A stretch of 64,000 nucleotides of DNA from Spirochaetia bacterium (GTDB lineage Bacteria > Spirochaetota > Spirochaetia > DSM-2461). The stretch lies in contig OY764216.1 in NCBI GenBank assembly GCA_963668315.1, positions 4,160,001 through 4,224,000 on the forward strand, in the 5' to 3' direction. The notes under the pieces were generated by a model, which had not been told where the DNA came from, did no database searches, and saw only the letters and a program-made list of their open reading frames with translations. Both the position numbers and the translations under genes were made by a program. This document shows, one piece after another, positions 57,459-64,000 of the stretch; positions within the stretch are counted from its first letter, which is position 1; each line of letters starts with the position of its first letter.

Positions 57459-58733
57459 ATGTTAGACTACAAATTCATTAAAGAAAATCTGGAAGCGGTC
57501 AAAGACAATATTGCCAACCGCTATATGCAGGCCGATGCAGACAAAGTAGTCGCCCTGTATGACAAACGGAACAATTTCATCACGGCCATAGACGAACAGC
57601 GCCGCCTCCGTAATGAAAATGCGAAAAAAATGAAAGGCCCCATGGATCAGGAAACCCGTCAGGCTCTGATCGAAGAGGGCAAGAAAATAAAGGATGAGAT
57701 CTCACGCCTTGAATCGGAAGCGGAAGAGACCCTCAAGGAACTGGAAATCGAAGGTTCCAGGATTCCCAACATGGCCCATCCCGATGCTCCCGTGGGCAAA
57801 GAGGATAAGGACAATACCGAGGTGGCCCGTTTCGGCGAGCCGACGGAATTCGATTTCGAAGCCAAGGACCACGTGGAGCTGATGGAAGCTTTGGACCTGG
57901 TAGACTTCGAAACAGCGGCCCGGGTCTCGGGCTCCAAATTCTACTACCTGAAAAACGAAGCGGTTCTTCTGGAAATGGCCCTGACCCGCTATGCCCTGGA
58001 TATTCTCAAGAAGCACGGCTTCACCCTGACCATTACTCCCGACATCGCCCGGGAGGAGATACTGGAAGGCACCGGATTCAACCCCCGGGGAGCCGAGTCC
58101 AATATCTACGCCCTGGAGGGAACGGGAACCTGCCTCATCGGTACGGCGGAAATTCCCCTGGGAGGCTACTACGCCGGCCAGATTGTTGACTTTACCGAAG
58201 GCCCCATCCTCATGGCCGGCGTCTCCCACTGCTTCCGCAGGGAAGCCGGTGCGGCCGGACAGTACTCCAAGGGACTTTACCGGGTACATCAGTTCACCAA
58301 AATCGAAATGTTCGCCTTCACCAAAGCGGAAGATTCCGATGCCATGCACGACAAACTCCGGGAAATCGAAGAGGAGATATTCACCGGCCTTAAAATCCCC
58401 TTCCGCGTCGTCGACACCTGTACCGGCGATCTGGGTGCTCCGGCCTACCGGAAGTTCGACCTGGAAGCCTGGATGCCCGGACGGGGAGAAGGCGGCTGGG
58501 GGGAAATTACCAGCACCTCCAACTGTACCGATTTTCAGGCGCGCCGCCTGGGCATACGCTATAAGGACGACAGCGGAAAAAATACCTATGCCCACACCCT
58601 GAACGGTACGGCCATCGCCATTTCCCGCGGTCTTATCTCGGTGATTGAGAACGGCCAGCAGAAGGACGGTTCCATCAGGATTCCCGAAAAACTCGTCCCC
58701 TACTGCGGTTTCGACACCATAGGACCCCGCTGA
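57459..58733 (+). CDS. serS: Serine--tRNA ligase
   Basis: MLD.KFI, IPN, LIGTAE, CFRREAG, GLYRVHQF.K.E, EITSTSNCTDFQARR, HTLNGT. Confidence 0.98.
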   Translation: MLDYKFIKENLEAVKDNIANRYMQADADKVVALYDKRNNFITAIDEQRRLRNENAKKMKGPMDQETRQALIEEGKKIKDEISRLESEAEETLKELEIEGSRIPNMAHPDAPVGKEDKDNTEVARFGEPTEFDFEAKDHVELMEALDLVDFETAARVSGSKFYYLKNEAVLLEMALTRYALDILKKHGFTLTITPDIAREEILEGTGFNPRGAESNIYALEGTGTCLIGTAEIPLGGYYAGQIVDFTEGPILMAGVSHCFRREAGAAGQYSKGLYRVHQFTKIEMFAFTKAEDSDAMHDKLREIEEEIFTGLKIPFRVVDTCTGDLGAPAYRKFDLEAWMPGRGEGGWGEITSTSNCTDFQARRLGIRYKDDSGKNTYAHTLNGTAIAISRGLISVIENGQQKDGSIRIPEKLVPYCGFDTIGPR

Positions 58734-60700
58734 TGTCCGGAGGGTACGATTTTCTCCGCGTCTGCTGCATCGTCCCTCCGGTCAAACCGGGAGACGTCAC
58801 TGCCAACGGAGCGGCCCTTGAAGAAGCGGCCCGGCGGGCAGTTGAAAACGGCGCGGGTGTCGTGCTCTTCCCCGAACTCAGCCTGACAGGTTATACTTGC
58901 GGGGACCTGTTTTTCCAGACGAGCCTCCTTGAAGGGGCCGCCGGAGAGTTGATCCGCCTCAAAACGGCTCTCGCCGATCTGCCGGTTCCTCTGGTGGTCG
59001 GTCTCCCCCTTTCCCATGACGGGGGCCTTTACAACGCCGCCGCGGTTCTCTCCGGGGGATCGATCAGGGGCATCGTCCCCAAAATCCATATTCCCAACAA
59101 CAACGAATATTACGAAAGCCGCTGGTTCTCCTCGGGACGATCCGTGAGGAATGAGACAGTGATCCTCGACGGGGAGGAGATTCCCTTCGGAACGGATCTG
59201 CTGTTTACCGGCAGGGGCAGTACCTTCGCTCTGGAGATCTGCGAAGACCTCTGGTCCCCCCTGCCCCCGGGCACTTGGGCCGCTCTGGCGGGTGCCCAGG
59301 TCATTCTGAATCCTTCGGCCAGCAACGAACTGGTGGGCAAAGCCGATTACCGGCGCGACCTGGTCAGACAGCAGTCGGCCCGGCTGCTCTGCGGTTACGC
59401 CTATGTTTCCGCCGGACCGGGAGAGTCCACCACAGACACGGTTTTCGGCGGCCACAGCCTTATCTGCGAAAACGGGTCCCTTCTGGGCGAGAACGGAAGA
59501 TTCTCCCGGGAGGAGGATACCCTCATGGCTGACTTCGACCTGGAATTTATCAATCACGAACGGCACAACTCTTCCAGTTTCCGGGAAGCCCGGGCCGCTT
59601 CGTCCTTCAAATTCCGAAAAATTCAAGTGTCCCGCCCCGTCTGGAACCGTGACAGGGTAAGACGTCCCATGGTAAAACATCCCTTTGTCCCCTCCCGCAT
59701 GGAAGAGAGAGAAAAGCGGTGCCGGGAAATTTTCTCCATTCAGTCGGAAGGTCTGGTGACACGTCTCAGACACATCGGCTGTCAGGATGTGGTTCTGGGG
59801 CTCTCGGGCGGCCTGGACTCCACTTTGGCTCTTCTGGTCGTGGCCGAAGCCTACCGCCGTCTCGGTTTGGACCGCTCGGGGATTCACTGCTACACCATGC
59901 CCGGGTTCGGCACAACCGCCCGGACGAAAGGCAACGCGGAAAAACTGTGCGAAGCCCTGGGAATTCCCTGCGATGTGGTAGATATTACCGATATCAGCCG
60001 AAGCCAGCTGGCACAGCTGAAGCACTCACCCGATACCCGGGATGTCACCTATGAAAATGTCCAGGCCCGCCAGCGGACCATGTACCTGATGAACAAATCC
60101 AATCAGCTCAAAGGTATCGTCATCGGAACGGGAGACCTCTCCGAACTGGCTCTGGGATGGTGTACCTACAACGGAGACCATATGTCCATGTACGCGGTCA
60201 ATACGGGAGTTCCCAAAACCCTGGTCAAATACCTCGTGGAATACGTGGCCCATACCATTGAGGAGAGCCATCCCGAAGAAAAATCGGCCGCCCCGGTTCT
60301 CCACGATATCATCGATACCCCCATCTCGCCCGAACTTCTTCCCCCCGATGAAGAGGGGAATATTGCCCAGAAGACGGAAGATCACGTGGGTCCCTACGAA
60401 CTGCATGATTTTTTCCTGTACCAGGTGGTGCGCTGCGGCTCGTCCCCTGCCAAAGCCCTGAAACTGGCCCTTCAGGCCTTCGAGGAAGATTATCCCGCCC
60501 CGGTTGTCTTCAAATGGCTCCGAACCTTCTACTGGCGTTTTTTCTCTCAGCAGTTCAAACGCTCCTGCCTCCCCGACGGTCCCAAAGTGGGAACCATAGC
60601 CCTGAGCCCCCGGGGAGACTGGCGCATGCCCTCCGACGCTTCGGTGAACCTTTGGATGGAAGAGCTGAAAGAGCTGGTTCATACCTATATTCAGGAATAA
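58733..60700 (+). CDS. nadE: Glutamine-dependent NAD(+) synthetase
   Basis: Nitrilase domain FPELSLTGY, ICEDLW; SGGLDST, ENVQAR.R, GTGDLSE, QFKRSC.PDGPK. Confidence 0.97.
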   Translation: MSGGYDFLRVCCIVPPVKPGDVTANGAALEEAARRAVENGAGVVLFPELSLTGYTCGDLFFQTSLLEGAAGELIRLKTALADLPVPLVVGLPLSHDGGLYNAAAVLSGGSIRGIVPKIHIPNNNEYYESRWFSSGRSVRNETVILDGEEIPFGTDLLFTGRGSTFALEICEDLWSPLPPGTWAALAGAQVILNPSASNELVGKADYRRDLVRQQSARLLCGYAYVSAGPGESTTDTVFGGHSLICENGSLLGENGRFSREEDTLMADFDLEFINHERHNSSSFREARAASSFKFRKIQVSRPVWNRDRVRRPMVKHPFVPSRMEEREKRCREIFSIQSEGLVTRLRHIGCQDVVLGLSGGLDSTLALLVVAEAYRRLGLDRSGIHCYTMPGFGTTARTKGNAEKLCEALGIPCDVVDITDISRSQLAQLKHSPDTRDVTYENVQARQRTMYLMNKSNQLKGIVIGTGDLSELALGWCTYNGDHMSMYAVNTGVPKTLVKYLVEYVAHTIEESHPEEKSAAPVLHDIIDTPISPELLPPDEEGNIAQKTEDHVGPYELHDFFLYQVVRCGSSPAKALKLALQAFEEDYPAPVVFKWLRTFYWRFFSQQFKRSCLPDGPKVGTIALSPRGDWRMPSDASVNLWMEELKELVHTYIQE

Positions 60701-60723
60701 GGGTATTTCCTTTCTGGAGGGCC

Positions 60724-60765
60724 AAAAAAATCCCGGAAAACCATGGTTTCTGCGGTTTTCCGGGA
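60724..60765. terminator. Terminator hairpin between nadE and the convergent gene
   Basis: TCCCGGAAAACC/GGTTTTCCGGGA stem preceded by an A-run. Confidence 0.75.
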
Positions 60766-60813
60766 AAGTGTGTATTGCATCCCCCTGGGGAGATCCATTC
60801 AGGAAATGAACTA

Positions 60814-61347
60814 TCAGTCTACAATAAGGGTATCCTGATTTATACCGGCGAAGGTATCGATAATCATCGTGGTGGCCTGATCTATCAGATCTTCCTGCTC
60901 ATCGGAATTGAGCGAATCGGGACAGACTACGATCTTATAGAGGGGAGATGTCTTCTGTATGGGACCGCCGTCAAAGACAACGCCTTTGCCCAGTTCCATG
61001 TCCTCGGCCAGGAGACAGCCCTCTTTGGTCAGAGAATCGGGTACGTCCTTCCTGAATCCGATGCTGGTATAATCGACTTTTCTGTCTCCGTCGGTCATGG
61101 GCCCAATACTGATGAGAGAACCCGAATAGGTAAGGGCCAGCACTCCCCTGTCATCGTAGCTCTCAAAGCGGTCGACTTCCTCCATTCCCAGATTGAACAT
61201 CTGCTCCTTGAAGGACTCCTCCTTTTCGAGCCAGCCCGACTTCAGCCGTGCCATGGTATCTTCGTCATTGTTCAGTCCGAAAGTTTTGATAACGTCCTCA
61301 AGATGCTTCTCAATGGCGGGGGGGATTACACTTGTCATTGTACTCAT
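60814..61347 (-). CDS. Hypothetical acidic protein
   Basis: Start at 61347 with AAGGAG RBS; 177 aa; no family recognised. Confidence 0.75.
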   Translation of the reverse strand: MSTMTSVIPPAIEKHLEDVIKTFGLNNDEDTMARLKSGWLEKEESFKEQMFNLGMEEVDRFESYDDRGVLALTYSGSLISIGPMTDGDRKVDYTSIGFRKDVPDSLTKEGCLLAEDMELGKGVVFDGGPIQKTSPLYKIVVCPDSLNSDEQEDLIDQATTMIIDTFAGINQDTLIVD

Positions 61348-61555
61348 AATTTCACTCCTTTTGTTGCCTAGGCGTGCGGGTAACACAGCTACCGGCCAGC
61401 CTATCATTATCATCACCTGAACATTCGCTTATTTCAGGTGCACCATTTTCCGGCGCGTCTCTACATATGCGCCCTGAATCGCTGCAAATTGTGTATAACT
61501 AAGATAACCCATAAAAAGGGCTGAAATAATGTGCCGTTTGGTATAAAATAGGAGT

Positions 61556-62134
61556 GTGAAAAATCGAAAGAACGAAACGGCATGGTGCCTGAAGGGAGAG
61601 CTTCGGGACAACACGCCCTGGATAATCCCCATAGACCGCCCCCTTTTTTCTATCGGACGTCAGGACAGTAATGATCTGATTCTTCCCTCCCAGGCCGTTT
61701 CAAGACGCCATGCCAGAATTTCGATGGACAGCTCCGATCTTTTCATTGAGGACCTGGAGAGTAAAAACGGGATCCGCCTTAACGGGAATCTGCTCACGGA
61801 GAAATCTCTCCTGAGACCGGGCGATATCATCAAAATAGGGGAAAGCGAGTTCACCCTGAGCCGTTTCGATGAGCTGGAGGAGGACACGGACGAACAGACT
61901 CTGGTCAGAAATCTGGATAAGACCCGAATTTCCTTCGCCGATGCCTACGGACTTTCTGAGAGGGAGAATGAGATTCTCTTTTTTCTGATCAAGGGCCACA
62001 GCCTCAAGAAAATCGGGGAATCCCTCTTCATCTCCCCGGGTACCGTCAAAAACCATGTTTTGAAAATCTATAAAAAAACCGGCTGCCACTCGCGGATCGA
62101 ACTCTCCACAAAGGCAGCCGGCTTCAGCGGGTAA
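61556..62134 (+). CDS. FHA-domain + LuxR HTH regulator
   Basis: IGR..ND..L....VSRRHA..DLESKNG; LSERE..IL..G...FIS.GTVKNHV..IYKK. Confidence 0.9.
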   Translation: MKNRKNETAWCLKGELRDNTPWIIPIDRPLFSIGRQDSNDLILPSQAVSRRHARISMDSSDLFIEDLESKNGIRLNGNLLTEKSLLRPGDIIKIGESEFTLSRFDELEEDTDEQTLVRNLDKTRISFADAYGLSERENEILFFLIKGHSLKKIGESLFISPGTVKNHVLKIYKKTGCHSRIELSTKAAGFSG

Positions 62135-62150
62135 TCAGCCCGGAATAGCT

Positions 62151-62933
62151 TTATAGAACATTCTTAAGAAAGTTTTTCGTTTTCTCATGCTTGGGATTTT
62201 CGAACAATTCCCTGGGCTCTCCCTCTTCAAGAATCATTCCGTCCGCCATGAAGACGACCCGGTCGGCCACTTCCCTGGCAAATCCCATCTCATGGGTGAC
62301 GCAGAGCATGGTCATCCCCTGCTTGGCCAGGTCCCGCATTACCGCAAGAACCTCCCCTACCAGTTCAGGATCCAGAGCGCTCGTCGGCTCGTCAAAGAGC
62401 ATGATTTCCGGTTCCATAGCCAGGGCACGGGCAATGGCGACCCGCTGCTGCTGTCCGCCGGAAAGCTTGCTGGGATAGACATCCCTCTTCTCAGAAAGAC
62501 CGACACGGTCGATGAGTTTGCAGGCGGCCTCAATGGCTTCAGCCTTAGACTTCTTCCGTATAAGGACCGGGGCGAGTGTCAGGTTCTCCAGAACGGTCTT
62601 ATGGGGGAAAAGGTTGAACCGCTGAAATACCATGCCCATTTCAAGAAGCATGGCTTTCTGCTGATCCGCCGGAACTCTATGCACCGTTCTGTTATGTTTT
62701 CGATGGAGAAACAGCTTATCCTGAACGAATATTTTGCCGCTGGTTATCTCTTCCAGATGATTCAAGGAACGCAGATAGGTCGATTTACCCGCACCGGAAG
62801 GACCGATAATACAGACGACTTCGCCCTTTTTGACAGCCAGGTCGACTTTTTTGAGAACTTCCAGATGGCCGAAAGATTTGCATAGTTCCTCTGTTCTGAT
62901 GAGATATTCGTATTCCTGATTTTCCTTATTCAT
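62151..62933 (-). CDS. Polar amino acid ABC ATPase (GlnQ-like)
   Basis: [44 protein letters not shown]. Confidence 0.95.
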   Translation of the reverse strand: MNKENQEYEYLIRTEELCKSFGHLEVLKKVDLAVKKGEVVCIIGPSGAGKSTYLRSLNHLEEITSGKIFVQDKLFLHRKHNRTVHRVPADQQKAMLLEMGMVFQRFNLFPHKTVLENLTLAPVLIRKKSKAEAIEAACKLIDRVGLSEKRDVYPSKLSGGQQQRVAIARALAMEPEIMLFDEPTSALDPELVGEVLAVMRDLAKQGMTMLCVTHEMGFAREVADRVVFMADGMILEEGEPRELFENPKHEKTKNFLKNVL

Positions 62934-63969
62934 AAACAGATAACCTCTCTTCCATCTTTCCGAACAGCCAGGTGAAAATGGCCGTGACAACAAGATAGAT
63001 GACCAGAGCGGGCAGGAATACCAGATAGCTGCCTTCACTGGTCATAATCGTTTTTGATATGGTAGTGATGTCCATCAACGAAATCGCAAAAACAAGGGAT
63101 ACGTCTTTGATCATCATGATAAATTCATTACACAGGGGGGGAATCATCCTTCTGGTGGCCTGGGGAATGACGATGTGGGTCATGGTCTGAGCGTAACTCA
63201 GTCCCAGAGCCTTGGCGGCTTCATCCTGCCCCTTGTCAATGGACTGAATCGCGGCGCGGACGATCTCTGCGCAGTAGGCGGCGGAGTTCAGAGAAAAGGA
63301 TATCAGGGCCGCAAGAAAAGCACCCTTATACACAGCCTCGGGGTCGGCGATATCAAAAAGACCGCGCCAGGAGAATCCGAAGATTCCCGGGACGGAGAAA
63401 TAGACCACAAACAACTGTATGAGAAGAGGTGTTCCCCGGAAGAAAAAGATATAGGCGCTGCAGAGCTTGCTGATGATTTTATTATCGGAAATCTTGCCCA
63501 GAGCGAGAAATAAGCTGAAGAAAAACCCGATCAGAATGGACAGTGTGGTAAGCATCATGGTCAGCTTGACGCCGTGCAGAAGATTCTGATGAACACCCAG
63601 CATACGGTAGGTGTAGTTGACCATCTGCCCGGTAAACTTTCCGAAACCCCTATCGGCCTGAAAAATGGAACCGGCAAAACCGACATAGGCTTCCTGGAGG
63701 GGTTTTGCCCCCGAAGTGGTAAAGGATAGATAGCTGATGGCGTTAAAATCGTTATAAGTTATGGTAAGACGTTTTCGTGAACTGTCTTTTTCGTCTTCGA
63801 TCATCTGCTTCACCTGAGGGGAAGCATGATTCATCATTTCTGATTCGGAGACATTGATAATCGAAAGAACAATAAACAAAATAACAACTGCCATAATAAC
63901 TATGGCAGCTGTCTTTGCAGATTGTTCCCATTCTCTAATGTTTATTAGCTTCTTGAGAAAATCCTTCAT
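62926..63969 (-). CDS. Polar amino acid ABC permease with N-terminal extension
   Basis: [38 protein letters not shown]. Confidence 0.93.
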   Translation of the reverse strand: MKDFLKKLINIREWEQSAKTAAIVIMAVVILFIVLSIINVSESEMMNHASPQVKQMIEDEKDSSRKRLTITYNDFNAISYLSFTTSGAKPLQEAYVGFAGSIFQADRGFGKFTGQMVNYTYRMLGVHQNLLHGVKLTMMLTTLSILIGFFFSLFLALGKISDNKIISKLCSAYIFFFRGTPLLIQLFVVYFSVPGIFGFSWRGLFDIADPEAVYKGAFLAALISFSLNSAAYCAEIVRAAIQSIDKGQDEAAKALGLSYAQTMTHIVIPQATRRMIPPLCNEFIMMIKDVSLVFAISLMDITTISKTIMTSEGSYLVFLPALVIYLVVTAIFTWLFGKMEERLSVYE

Positions 63970-64000
63970 GGAGACTCTTATCAGCCACCGAACCAGTATT

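Noticed and set aside
2700..60682. Many long antisense ORFs (e.g. 2700-3788, 13294-14589, 34996-36435, 49258-50562, 51515-52999, 58700-60025)
   Set aside because: They are shadows of well-supported genes, expected from codon bias; no motifs or RBS
1..64000. CRISPR arrays, tRNA/rRNA, transposases, integrases, phage or defence genes
   Set aside because: No spaced direct-repeat arrays, cloverleafs or corresponding protein motifs seen by eye

Overview
A 64-kb chromosomal window from a moderately GC-rich bacterium. It is probably a free-living spirochaete (Spirochaetaceae-like); this is inferred from lipoprotein/signal-peptide style and gene content, not proven. About 59 CDS were found, with no rRNA, tRNA, CRISPR array, transposase or phage genes. 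1-4.4 kb: end of a Firmicutes-style sugar locus (ABC permease, YesN-like regulator, GH78 rhamnosidase). 4.5-35 kb: an accessory island that looks like redox/electrophile detoxification. It holds three flavodoxins, an aldo/keto reductase, two CMD proteins, three cyclophilin-like proteins, several hydrolases, an Ntn-hydrolase + acyl-CoA ligase + exporter operon, DUF3737-PatB, and a flavinylated extracytoplasmic reductase with its TetR. The island carries readable regulatory logic: five copies of a MerR (AdhR/NmlR-type) operator, four inside 19-bp-spacer promoters, and two copies of a LysR-type promoter with an identical 18-mer. A 257-bp MITE-like element made of two inverted, structurally co-varying repeats lies at 14670-14926. 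35-64 kb is mostly housekeeping: GH15, GAF-PtsP, liv operon, pepD-lnt, CobD/HisC-like + thrH, hybrid kinase/response regulator, frameshifted galE, serS-nadE and an amino-acid ABC transporter. Several genes show a leaderless-mRNA signature.
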